A stretch of DNA of 64,000 bases from Syncephalis fuscata S228 (GCA_025786725.1 JAHLTZ010000002.1:806001-870000); one strand, 5' to 3'; counted from the first letter of the stretch, positions 12,146 through 24,816 are shown. Notes: generated by a model not told the origin, from the sequence alone. A program made the numbers and translations.

Positions 12146-13851
12146 TCAACGACGCGGCTTTCCTCCAGTGCCATTACGACCACGCTTTGATTTAACAGTG
12201 ACCTTTTCTTCCACCTATATCATACTGCTTAATATCATATACGCTATCAGTCGACAAAATCTTACCTTTCGTTTGATAGATGATGACGATACAATACCTG
12301 ATGGCTTAAAAAAGCTATCTAATCGTCCTTGTGTTGAAGTAGAACGACTCTTTTGCAGCTTTTCAATACCACCACGAATACGACTCTCGCTATATAATGG
12401 TAATAATAAATAAATCAGTATTAATACGTATTATTACATTTTATCACTCTATCCTACCCAAATCCTTTTTCATTGACCATGAAATCAACGAGACCATCAA
12501 CGTTAGGATCATTCCATTTTAGCTATATTGATGATAAAGCTTGTTAATAAACAGTTATAAATTATAGATTACTTATTGCTTACGTCAATTGTATTGGGGT
12601 CTTGTACTTCAGGATTTCGAAAAAGTTCTCGTACTTCTTCCAATGGCCAGTCATCAGGTACAGTGTATTTGTTCTTGTCTAGTTGTTTCAACACTGCGTC
12701 CAGTGATTTATGCTCTCGTAGCAGTGACAATGCCCGATATGGTCCAATGCCGCGTATTGATTCGCAATAATCACATCCCAGAAGAATGCACATATCGATA
12801 AACTATTGATAGCACAAAATAGATGCCATTGAAAAATAAGTATAACAAAATGCCAAATGGTATTCAATGACTGTTACCTGATCCATTGTCATCTCAAGCC
12901 CGGCCAATACTCTATCTAAATGAATCTCATTAATGGGCATTTTACGCGCTTCACTAAAAGTTAAATGACGCAGTAGAATTGGCGCACCAAAGGTAAGCGT
13001 GTCCATATCCTCTGTGGCAGCTGCGTAAACCTATATAATGGCGTTAGTTTCGTAGTCCATTTATTATAAAATACTGAAACTTACTTTTCCGGCTTTAGCC
13101 AAAGCAGCACACTGAGCTTCTGCTTCACATGGGGCCTATTTATTTGAGTGTGTTATTACAATAGTCCATTTAAATTGTAAATTATTTACCTCTATGTAAG
13201 GAATACCCATTAGACTTAACAGCCGTTTAACTTCATTATTATGTTCACGGGTCACTTTAACGGTACGTCGATTAAACTTGTCAAACTTTTCCTTATCATC
13301 TATATCCAATAATAATCAGTCATCTAAATCGCTAACTTGTTAGAATCTTACCTTCAGCCAAGGCATCTTTCATCGATTGTTCCGCTTGTTCACGACGTTC
13401 AAGTCGTTTAGCAAGCTATTTATACGTCAGTTTACGAGTGACGTGTGCTGTAACTCAAACGCCTAGCTTACCTCACCCGACTTGAGCATCGGCGGTTTAC
13501 CATCGAATACATAGACGGGTTTAATACCATTTTCAATCATACGAATCGTTCGATAGAAAAAGCCCATTAAATGACTATTGTTCAATAACAATTGTATAAA
13601 AAGTCAGCATCATAATCGGCACAGCAGCACTAACTACTATAATGCTTTGTCAGTTAAATACGCTACCTAGTTGTTTCGCCGTTTTCATTTTGAAGTACTT
13701 GGCCTTCAGACCGGACAGCAATCAGAAACTGATAAATGGACATGGATGCGTCAATGGCTACTTTGCGACCAAAGTAGTTTTTGATTTCATTGCTTTTCAT
13801 AGAGCCGACCGCATTGTCGGCGATAACTTTAGTCAAACCCGTAATCCCCAT
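12146..13851 (-). CDS. FEN1: Flap endonuclease 1 (multi-exon)
   Basis: MGITGL...[59 protein letters not shown] box QGRLDSFF. Confidence 0.97.
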
Positions 13852-14271
13852 AATAATAAGTTAAATATATGATAGCGCACAGTTGAAGAAAAAAGTAAGA
13901 AAAAACGCCACTAAACCAATTATTTATGTAATCCACGCGCATCGTCACCTTTTTCGTGTTACTGCCATGTTAACAAATTATTTACAATCAAATTCTATGG
14001 ATTAATACTAAATTAACTGGTACTAAGCAATTTCTTTTATTGAGCTATTTTATTCTTATGAACTGCTATTGATTAGTAATAACGAGCAATTAATAATTAA
14101 TTGGTGGCAAAGCGTGTGAACTAATGTAACCAATCGTTTCGATGTTGATTCAGTATAAATATGTGTCATTCGTGTTTACCTAAATCATTCATTTACTCTT
14201 TCTCGTATCACTCGCTACTACTATTAGCTTCTGCTTGTTGACATCACTCTTAGCGATACTCTCATTCCATC

Positions 14272-14462
14272 ATGTGCATGCAAACCACCTGTGACAAGTG
14301 CGGCAAGATTACCTGGAGAGGCTGTGGCCAACACGTTGAACAAGGTATGGATGGATAGCGTTGTTTTTATCGTTACAGCAATAGCTAACCTACAACATGA
14401 TACTTGCAGTCATGAAGGATGTACCAAAGGAGCAGCGGTGTGAATGCCCGCGTGACAAGTGA
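14272..14462 (+). CDS. Tiny Cys-rich zinc-ribbon/metallothionein-like protein (41 aa, 2 exons)
   Basis: MCMQTTCDKCGKITWRGCGQHVEQ|VMKDVPKEQRCECPRDK*; intron 14345-14409 with GTATGG donor, GCTAAC branch and CAG acceptor keeps the frame. Confidence 0.8.
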
Positions 14463-14638
14463 GCCATGTTAATAGGATTGGAGGTGTTGGGGTGTATTAT
14501 TCAAGACACTTACCTGTTGTGCCTATGATCCTTTTGTCGTCTAGTGTTGGCTGCCATATTCTTTAGCAGCTTAGCAACACGAATTGCTGCCACATTTGTT
14601 TATAAACACAGTCATGGAATATTAATTACAAACGTTTA

Positions 14639-15994
14639 TTACTTTGAAAGCTGCCACTCATTCATAAGTTCTGCAAACTGAGTATCAGCTGTGTGCCAGG
14701 CCCATACAATGCCGTAGTGTTGAGCCAATAAATGCCACTCTTCAATTTCATCAACCATTCGCATTGAGCAATTCTATAGTGCATTCCGTGTAATAATATG
14801 TATACACATAATCAGATACCAAATATCTAGAGTTGATATTTATAACTTACCGTTTCAATTCATCTGCTGCAATATAGTTGTCATGAGCAGCGGCAATGGT
14901 TATTCCATGTGTTGCATTCCAATGACAGTCAAGAAATCGTGCTTGTTGAGATGCAAGACTTGGATAGACGGCAAGTCCTGGCAGTTCTATTTGTCGATGC
15001 TGCATATCCGAGCGTGTAAGATAATTAACATTATTCCCAGGACACTATGCCGTAATTACCCGTAGATTCTGGATCATCACTTGTCCAAAGGCATCGTGTG
15101 GTTCGCATGGATCATAAATAACAAATCCTACTTGATCGCATGTCTGGCCGACCCATCGAATAATAGCATCGGCATCAGGTGGTAACATATAGACAATGAC
15201 ACATTCAGCTATGAATAGTGTGGGTAGACTAATCCAATTGTTGTTCATTGTTATAAAACACACAATAAATACATTTTATTTATTCACCTTTTGTCAAATC
15301 CATGTTCAATTAATTGTGGCACTAGCGTTGATTCAAATTCACGTAAATCGCCAGACAATAAACAATACTGATCCGTATAGAATTCACATCCACCTCGACC
15401 TAATTTAATAATCATAAATAAGATTAATTATTGACTATTGATGATACAATAATACCTATTTACCTATACGCGATTCGGTAAATAAATTTGATTTGCTTAG
15501 TATTCGGACTTTGCGCGTAGTCACTTCTGGAAAATCAATTTCAAAATATTTTGTTGTTTGAAAGTCATCGCTCTAAATACAGTCTATAAATTACATATAC
15601 TTTGTTCTATGCGTCAAGTCACCTCTCTAAATCGAAGATAGCGTGTATCGGAACCTGCTCCCAACGAGACTACTTGACGCTGATGTCCATCAGATGTTGC
15701 CGTCTTTTTAGAACTACACTGTAGAAAGGATAAAAGTAGTTTATCCAGCATTGTAGTGCGTACAAATGTGCCCCTATGGATTACTGGATTCCGTTTATAG
15801 GCACTTGTACTTTGTCGACCTGCAAATAGTTTGGCATATGGGTCTTGTAGATAGCCAGCCTCTACAGTAGATCTACAGCCCAGTTAAACGGTCTATAAAC
15901 GCTTTTCATACAGTTCAACTTACAGTCGACTAGCTGTAGCATCTTCATTGGTATTTCTTACAATAGAATCACTAGAAACACGAATAGAACTCAT
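14639..15994 (-). CDS. PPM1: Leucine carboxyl methyltransferase (PP2A methyltransferase), multi-exon
   Basis: VRNTNEDATASRL, GYLQDPY, QVVSLGAGSDTR, FEIDFPEV, PTLFIAECVIVYM, DAFGQVMIQNL, DEIEEWHLLAQHY. Confidence 0.92.
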
Positions 15995-16159
15995 GAGGCC
16001 GAATGGTGAATAGCAACGAGTAGAGTGATGTCGTGGCAACAGAATAAGCTGTATAGTTGGTATAATACGGACACACGTCACCTATTACTATTTTTATTTT
16101 ATTTTATTTTATTTATAAATGAGTTTATAAATTTATTGCTTTTACTGATCACATTTATA

Positions 16160-17535
16160 ATGCACCTACTAACTAGAATTGTATTGGCAAGAAGGGGACT
16201 TGTTACTACACGGCGTCTATTGACTACGTCTAGTACTCGTTTTTCACTTGCAGCACCAGTAACTGAGGTTGTAACATGTCAACAACAACACAACAACAAC
16301 AGCAATCTACTACACAGTCAATATCTTTATCTTCAGATATTAATAATAGTGTAGACATCAATAATATACTAATACATTTCAATGGGGAGATATGGTATTG
16401 TTAAGAGATACGCGACGTGGAAAACGTACACTTGCTGGCCCATTGAAGCCTCAAGGTATTAAATTATATGATTAAATAGAATCACGCATTTATTTCGATT
16501 GACTTGTACTTTTGCAGATCATTTTAATTCACATCGTGGTAGGATTGAACATGAATTAATTAATGGCAAATTACCGCGTAGTAAAATAAAAAGTAATAAT
16601 GGTGCCGAATACACAGCACATCATCCTACATTGGAAGAGTAAGTTGTATCAGTTCATAATTGCTATAATTAATATCTGTAATTAGTTATGTTTTGCTGGC
16701 TAATCGTCATTGTACGCCTATTTATCCCAAGGATGCCTCGGCTATTGTAAGTAAAAGTCATGTATTTAGAAAGTGTTATGTAATGCAATAGTAGATAGCA
16801 ATGTTAGATATCCATCCTGGAGATAAAGTGTTGGAATGCGGGACGGGAAATGGCGCACTTACATTATACTTGGCCCGTGCCATTGTCAACGGTATCGCTT
16901 ATAGTGATAACGGCGCAGATAATGGATGTGTTGTCACAGTAGAGAAACGAGAATCACACGCTAAACAGGCTCAAAAATTTATTGGACAGTATCGCCGAGG
17001 CTGTTTATTGCCGTGGATACAGTTTAACACAGGTGATCTGGTTACTGATATAGCACAGCAGTGGGTGCCGTCTTCTTTCGATGCCATTGTACTTGACATG
17101 CCCGATCCATCCACGCCTCAAGTGATGCAGGCTACTAGACGACTTTTACGCAATGATAGTCGTTGTATCTGCTATTTGCCTAATATGACACAGGTGATAG
17201 AGACGGCGCGTGGGGCTACCGAGTTGGAGGGCGGCGGACTGACCGTTGAGCGTGTTGTTGAAGTAGATTGGCGCGAATGGGAGGTACGGGCCACACAACC
17301 AGCTTGGTTACGTCGATTAAGGAAAAAAGATGCAGAAGCTACTAAAGAACAAGACACAGTGGCCGTTAAAGAACAAACACCTGAAGTGGCCAGTGCTGAA
17401 GCAACAGTATTAGCAAATACCGATACTGAACAACAGGATCTATGGGTATGTCATCCATCTCATATGCCACACGGACATACAGGATTTCTTGTAGTTTTAC
17501 GTAAATGTGAATCAGTTAAAGACGAGGATCTATAA
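16160..17535 (+). CDS. tRNA (adenine58-N1)-methyltransferase catalytic subunit, mitochondrial TRMT61B-like
   Basis: Arg-rich presequence-like N-terminus; HPTLEE, PIYPKDA, MLDIHPGDKVLECGTGNGALT, FDAIVLDMPDP, HTGFLV; two apparent 1-nt deletions in exon 1 (~16290, ~16365). Confidence 0.85.
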
Positions 17536-17549
17536 TGATAACGACATGA

Positions 17550-19109
17550 TCATTTATTATTGTGGAGTGGCCGCACTAGCCAAATAGTTTTGCCACCAAT
17601 CACGGAAAGGCACATGTTCAACACTAATAGAAAGCTCTTGCAATTGACGCGTAGATAAAGCGGCATTCTTTGGACGTGTTGCTATTTAACCACAGTTAAT
17701 ATAAACTATTAATAGGTCATCATTTACTTACTGGTAGCCGCGGCAGGTGTGTCTGTCACTGGTTTAATATGATCAATGGATCGATTATAAGTGTGCCTAA
17801 CATGGCTGTGGAATTGTTAATAAATAGGATGGCTATAATAGGTATTACTATTGTACTGTAGATACATACCACATATATCATACTTTGTCATTGCTTCGGA
17901 TGCACTGTAATGAAGGATATTAGGCATTTCTGGTGACTTGTTTTGCTGTAGATCTAATAAAATCATAAGTATAGTTATTTTACAACAATTAATATAACCA
18001 ACATTGAATGATATCAAAGCAAACACGAGCTACATCGTGCACTATATAAATATGAGTATTAGTGTAAGTGGATAGAGTGAATAAATAAGCAACCAATTAC
18101 CATTTGTTGGATATCGTGTTGATTCGTGATCCATGCTTACTGGTGATTCCGAATGCTACAAGTATAGTTATAATTAAATTTATGTATTCATTATATAGAC
18201 TTTACCATAACAATCTCTTGTAAAACATTGATGCTTGATTCACTAGGATAAGTGACCTGGCCATATCTATTAATTTTAATAATACAGTCAGTTGATTATA
18301 AAAGTCAGAAATATAAATAATAACGCTATTTACAGAATGGGAATACGTAGAACAATAGCTTTGGGATTCACTCGATGGCAGCCTCTTCACCGGCCAGTTT
18401 AGATTTACCTATTGTATGGTATTAGTTAAATTACTTGCCTATATTTAGTAGTAACTAGTTATTACCATAGAAATTTAATGGATTAGGCTTATCAGTCGTA
18501 TCGTATGGTGGATGAGTGCCATCAAATACGTAGTCTGTAGAAATGTACACCAATTGGGCATCAAATGATTTACACAATTGGGCCAGTTCTTCAGTGGCTT
18601 GTACGTTCAACTAAATATACGTCATTGCTTATTAATACATATTATTCGCCTATTAATTTACCTTCAAAACAGCATCATGATCCCGTTCTGCTACATCAGG
18701 TCTACGTTCTGCAGCACAATGGATAACCGCTGTAATAATATATAGTATTTATTACTTGATAAGTATTGGCTAGATATATTATTATACGTACCTTCTGGTC
18801 GATGTTCTTCAAATAGCTGTTTAACTGCCTCTTTATCCATTAAATCGAGCTATTAAAACATATAAAATATCTGCTAGCAATACATTCTAGACTAATAAAA
18901 GTATCAAAACAAACCTTAACTAAACGTCCAGTTGTGCGCGAGAATGCAGTGCCAATAACTAAAATGGTATGCCAAAGTCAACCAACTATTCACGACAATA
19001 GTAACGTAACAACAACAATAATAATACCTTGATCGCCATAGCTCTTTTCAAACCGGGCATAAACTGCTCGACCCAATAGACCTGAAGCACCAGTAACTAA
19101 TACGCGCAT
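17550..19109 (-). CDS. RmlD-family NAD(P)-binding protein / methionine adenosyltransferase 2 beta-like (many small exons)
   Basis: MRVLVTGASGLLGRAVY, IHCAAERRPDVAE, YISTDYVFDG, PLNFYG, ILHYSASEAMTKYDIC, RPKNAAL. Confidence 0.88.
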
Positions 19110-19261
19110 AGTAAATAGATATTCTCTTATGTAGAAATAAATGAAGATAAGTGGGAACAGTTGAAAGTATCAATATGAATAAAGTGTAGCAGCTCCTAAT
19201 AAGTAAATGGATGACGAGTTCATTTTACTTCCCCTTTTTTAGTTGTATGGATATACTAAGT

Positions 19262-19294
19262 ACACACACAGACACACACACACACACACACACA
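19262..19294. repeat. (CA)n microsatellite in the divergent promoter region
   Basis: acacacacagacacacacacacacacacacaca. Confidence 0.9.
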
Positions 19295-19559
19295 AATATA
19301 CATACACCTACTGTCCTTTTATTCAGTTCTTCTACTACCACGCGTAGGCCAAGTCTTGTCCCCCATTACCGCTAAGACCGTCGTGGTTTCTGCTTAGATT
19401 TGCACGCATTCACGCAATACGCACTTCCACGCAGTCCTTTTAACGTCTTTCCGTTTTATCATCTTAGTGTTCGTATATAATTGAAGGTTTGACAGCAGCT
19501 TATTGCATTGCCGTAAATTGCTGCACTGTATAAGAATAAAGCCACACTTTGCTTTCGTG

Positions 19560-21318
19560 ATGGGCCAACTACTCTCTTCGCTCTTCCGAAGGGTAAGTAG
19601 CTGCTGCATTGAACAGTCATCTAGTGCAGGCAATTGTATAAACAGAGACTAATCGTATAAATTCATTCTATAACATCTAGGGAGACGATAGTGATTTTGA
19701 ACGTATTCTATCGGATCTAGACGAACAGATTCGTACAGCTGAGCTTCGTTTATCAGATATTAAGATGCGCGAAAAAAGAGCAACAGTTATGTTTCTGGTC
19801 TATTCAATATTGTTCTATCTACTCTATGTTGCGGCATACTATACATATTTACGACAATCAAATGATACTATGGAGCTATGGCTGGTTAAAGTACTGCCTT
19901 TAGTGTGCATGCCTCTTATGTAAGTAGATATAAGCAATATCAATAGTACTGATGTTTCTATACAATAGCATTTATTCTGTTAATTACATTGTTACTCTAT
20001 GGTATCGTCGTAAGAAAACAAATGAAGGTAAGAATAAACGAATGAGCTAGATAAAGTAAATTAAGTATTCAAATGTAAATAATTGTTAAATAGTGGAGCA
20101 TCTTGATAACTTGAAAGCAAAGCAAAAATTAAAGGTAGTTAACACAATATGTGAATTAAATACGAGCAGCTTACATCTGGATTTAGGTGGAGGAATTGAA
20201 GAAAAAGACCGCGTATTATGCTACGCGTAACTTACTGGAACGATATGATCCATCAACACGCGGCCCACCCAATCCTACACTATTAACGCCCGATCAAAAA
20301 CAAAGAGCTCAACACGGCGCACCGTTTGGTAATTCACGTGCCATGACCACAGGTCGTATACAAGGTCAAGGAGGAGTAAGACAGCGCGGTAAAGTAGCAC
20401 CGGGAAATGGCACGCCAAATGATGCCACTTTACCTGCGGGTCCTATCAATGACCCAGTAAGCCCATTTGAGGCAAATCAATCAAATATACGCAATATGGA
20501 TACACCAGGCAGTAAGTGACATGAAAGAGACTATTAAAGGATACGATAGCTTGTGCTAATTAATGCTGATCATTCTACTGCTTATTACAGCTACCTTTGC
20601 CTACTCACCAGTCACGCCACAGCCTCGTACTTGGGTAGATCGTGTGGTTGATGCTATTGTAGGAGAAGAGGGACCTACTTCAAAATACGCACTTATTTGT
20701 GAAAGCTGCCATACACATAATGGACTTGTATTACCCGAGGAACTAGAGGATATTCGTAAGTTATATTACAGGCTAATTGGAAAGCAAGCTGAGCTATTTG
20801 ATTAATTATTAGAATATTTCTGTCCCAAATGCAACTACTACAATGCCAGTCGTCGTAAGCGACGTCATCATCGCTCCTCACAGCTTAAACATGAGGCTGG
20901 TCGTGGCTCCAACCTAGACACACCATCTCCAATGGGCTCCTCACAAATGGGCAGTATTATGGAAGGTGGCGCAGATAATGCTACCGGTGGCCGTGGTCGA
21001 CATGCACATCGACCTTCTTTGCCGGACCTCCGTGTAGCCGACATGTCTGATGCTATTGAGGGGGCCAGGTCGCGTGTAGAACGTGATGCCATTTCTGAAG
21101 TTGGCGGTGATTCGGGAGATGAGCAAAGTTCTAGACGTGTTGGCAGTGATAACGGGTTGCTATCTCCCGTCTCGGCCGCCAACATGTACTACTACTCGGA
21201 CACCAACGATGATCTTCATAGAGGTGCCGTGAAGCAGCAGAAATCTATGGAGAACATACCACACCACACGACCGTTGCACCGGATGCAAATGACTTCGGT
21301 GTTGAGCATGCAGACTGA
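19560..21318 (+). CDS. LNP1: Lunapark ER three-way-junction protein
   Basis: Myristoylation-type start MGQLLSSLFRR, FERILSDLD, two TM helices, ELKKKTAYYATRNLLERYD, zinc finger YALICESCHTHNGL...YFCPKCNYYN. Confidence 0.9.
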
Positions 21319-22505
21319 CAGCGCATGTGTACACGTACCGGTAAAACAAGACCCACTAACCAGTCACCAGAACGACAAAAGCAAAAGCTATTGTGTGCAA
21401 CTTTTGTCACCTATTCACTCTTCTCTTAATCTCCAATCTAGCCAATAAATCATCAGTTTAGTCTTAAGTTTATGAATGATGTTTATGTCACCAGATGAGA
21501 CTACAGGTGGTACGAGCGTGTTTTTGGTGTAAGGTCACCTGGCCTATTTTCTAAGCTTACAGGTTTTAGTTCATATTCATATTAGGGAGAATTCATTAAT
21601 GATCTGCACGAACGTGTATCTTGTGACGTCGTGGGGTAACATAACTGCACATGATCCGACGCACTCTTGAAATGGCATTGAATTTGCAGGTCACATTGCC
21701 TATGTGTAACCATTGTAAATGCGAATAAACGAATGAATAATCTTTTAGTTAGTTATTAATGTGTGTAGCTTATATAGTTGTTTGATTCATACAACTAAAA
21801 TAGAAAATAAGAATAATGATATATATTAATGAATAGCATAATCGTTATACTATTTAGGATTTGAGTGTAATGTGTTAATACATGGAAGACAAATGTATGA
21901 ATGTTGAGCATTTATGTTACACAGCCGAGTTGCACAAAAAGTGAATAATATGTCATTATTGATGGTCATATTACAATTCGTTACACTATGGATGACTACT
22001 GCGCAATGTAATAAAGAAATTCGATGACCGCATCTAGAATCATTGCGTGTAGATGAATAATGGGTCATGTTATTTTCGAGTAATTTGTTGAATAAAATAT
22101 TGGCTATTTAATTCGGAAACATTTACCAACATTTACCATTTTGCCATCGCTACTGCTTACGACTTACGTCCCCTTCTACTCATCCACGCCATACGCTTTT
22201 TCTTGAAACGAATTTATTTGTATTGATTCAAAACTTCTTTGCTATTTTCCAGCTATTCAATCCACGAGTTTGTGACTTAATCACTTAACAACAACGATAT
22301 TAAGCATCATTGCTACTTGTGCTTTGATATTTGTATATTTAACGAATTATTGGTAAGTGTAAGCTTAAATTTATTAAATTTATATTTTCCTTTTTTGGTC
22401 TTTTTGCTACCTTTTTAGTACATATTACTTCATCAACATAACATAATTATAATACTTATTAACGTTTTTACTCTTTATTTATTATTGTTATTAGCTTTAT
22501 TCATA

Positions 22506-23871
22506 ATGAAGCTGTATCAGCTAGCACGGTTTGTACTGCCGCTAGTGCTGGCCAGCATAGCTAGTGTGACATTGAATTCGTCCCTGGCTGCACCTAATGG
22601 CAATAACACCGCGGGAAATACCCCTCAGCCTTCGGCAGCGAAGCGTGCTGTTGTTGCTTACTACGCCGATTGGACCACTGGTGTATTGCCACCAGAGAGT
22701 ATTCCATTCAAAAAGATTACTCACATTAACTATTGTAAGCAACGAATAACAATACTATTGTTTAAAGTAATTAACACATTTATTTTATTTAGCATTCGCC
22801 GTCTTAAAAGAAAATAACGAACCTTACTTTGAGACTGAGTGGATTCTGCCACGCGTAGTTAGGAGTGCTCATGCCGAAAATGTTAAGGTGCTGCTATCCA
22901 TTGGTGGCTGGACCGGCTCTCGTTGGTTCTCGCCCATGTCGGCTACTGCCCAAGGTCGTAATACTTTTATTACAAAAACATTATCGATTGTGGACCAGTT
23001 CTCGCTCGATGGCGTCGATATTGATTGGGAATACCCCGGGCGTCTTGGTATGATGTGTAACGTCTACAACGTGAATACCGATGCCGATAACTTCTACACG
23101 TTGCTTAATGAGCTGCGTGCTGCGTTGGACACCAAATATGGCAGGGGCAATAAGGAGATTACTCTTGCTGTACGCGTACAGCCATTCGACGTGACTGGCG
23201 GTCCTTTGAAGGATGTTAAGCGATATGGCGCGTCCCTTGACCGTATTAATATCATGGCCTATGATATCAATGGCTCGTGGAGCACAACAACTGGGCCCAA
23301 CGCACCATTTAACTATGATACACCTGGTAAAGGAGATCCATTTTCGGTCGTGCAATCGATTAAGGCGTGGACCGATGCCGGATTCCCTCGTGAAAAGATT
23401 ACACTTGGTCTTGGCTTCTATGGTCGCTCGGCCCGTGCCACCGTCGATATGACCCAAGGCAACGTAACTCAGTATGCGCCATTCGATAAAACAACCATTC
23501 CTCGTGGTGATCAAAACGATGCCCCATGGGGCGATCCATGTCCAGGCGCACCATGGGGCTACTCTGGCGTGTGGCAGTGGCGTAATCTACGCGCGCAAGG
23601 AGTGCTTACAACGCCCGAAACAGCCGGTGCTCCATGGGTTCGCTACTGGGATAATGTATCCAAAACGCCTTGGCTTTTCAACACTAACGATAAGACATTT
23701 ATCAGTTACGATGACCGCCGTTCGCTTGCCATTAAAACCGACTATGCTCGCTGCCAAGGCTTAGGTGGTGTTATGGTCTGGGCTCTCCATCAAGATAATG
23801 GTGAATTGCTCGATAGTGTCCAGTCGATTCACAGCCAAACTCGTTGCAATGGCTATATTGATGACGTATAA
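22506..23871 (+). CDS. Secreted GH18 chitinase (one coding intron ~22735-22792, probable 5' UTR intron 22353-22494)
   Basis: Signal peptide; LSIGGW, catalytic DGVDIDWEYP, NIMAYD, ISYDD, LGGVMVW. Confidence 0.95.
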
Positions 23872-24440
23872 TGTTAATAATGATATGCTAGTTGTTAGTT
23901 ATGATTTTACAGCTTGTTTACCCAAACATAAATTGCAATGGTTTAGCTGAGCGTAATTGCACAGCCTTCCGTATACATTTATTTTAGTATATTCTATACC
24001 AAACTTTCTTGATTTTTGGTAAATGCAATAGTTATCAAATAAAGATATGAATATTAAGTAAAAATATCAGTACTTGTATTAATTAAAGCTTGTTAAACAT
24101 TTTATTAACAATTTGATGTAATTTGGTGGTCAAATGACTAACATTTAATAGCACCCAATCTATCGAACATGATGATGGGCGGTGAGTGACATCAATCATC
24201 AAATACTCATCATCATAGATTCATTGTCCATCCATCATTTTATAATTTGCTAATCACATTCTACTTAGTAGTCTGCTAGTTGTGATATATAAAAACGACA
24301 GTTATTGTGTTCTATTAAACGGTTTATTACAGACTGTGATAAAAATACTGATCAGGCGTTAGTACAACTGTATTGGCTTATTGCGCTATTTAAAATATAA
24401 TAGAAAGGTATGTAGCCTATCCTAATACCAAAAAGCAGCC

Positions 24441-24518
24441 TCAGTCGCATATTGCGTCGGCGCCTTCAGCGAAGGTGGCGTATTGATCTTCCTCAGACGC
24501 GAGAGTCGTTAAGGCCAT
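24441..24518 (-). CDS. Candidate 25-aa small ORF (MALTTLASEEDQYATFAEGADAICD*) in a structured, spliced transcript divergent from U2; may be non-coding
   Basis: GC-rich island, many C-ending codons, hairpin ending 2 nt before the ATG, canonical intron 24428-24348 (GTATTA...TACTAAC...CAG) 12 nt after the stop. Confidence 0.5.
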   Translation of the reverse strand: MALTTLASEEDQYATFAEGADAICD

Positions 24519-24816
24519 AGGCTGTCCCGTTGCCAGAACGACAACGGTGCAGCGGCACAAAACAAGCAGTAGAGCGTAGAGGAGTTGTACACTTATACAA
24601 CAAACGAGTAAGTATGTGGTGTAAAAGATTTATTGAAGAAAGAGTGAAGAAAAAACGCAAAAACCAAAAGCTGGCGATTAAAAAGGCAGGGGCTGTCGTA
24701 AATGTTGCACGCGCATATTCAATTGGATGATTGGTCTGGCCTTTTACAGTCCAATCCCACTAGAGATTAGTGTGCCATAAAGGGACGCGCGTAACGGCAG
24801 CCGATAGAGCAGGGTA

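Noticed and set aside
22981-23514. Long antisense ORFs over chitinase (also over SHMT, the methyltransferase and HbrB)
   Set aside because: Shadows of biased codon usage on the coding strand; no motifs
24170-24195. TGATGGGCGGTGAGTGAC, near-antisense to SSU rRNA ACACCGCCCGUCA after a C-box-like ATGATGA
   Set aside because: No D or D' box (CTGA) positioned after the guide, so not a supportable C/D snoRNA
24440-24520. Hammerhead, HDV ribozyme or tRNA reading of the cloverleaf
   Set aside because: CTGAGGA has no matching GAAA; no nested pseudoknot; no T-loop or D-loop consensus
24605-24616. ATACTTAC on the minus strand resembling the U1 5' end
   Set aside because: Continues TCG rather than CTG; no U1A loop (AUUGCAC) or U1 cloverleaf at proper spacing
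24348-24680. Telomerase RNA (U-run plus 5' splice site resembles fission-yeast TER1 3' end)
   Set aside because: No CCCTAA-type template or pseudoknot found; branch-to-AG distance is ordinary
24729-24757. U5 loop-I-like GCCTTTTAC inside a GATTGG/CCAATC stem
   Set aside because: No Sm site or 3' stem-loop follows; the stem arms are explained as opposed CCAAT boxes
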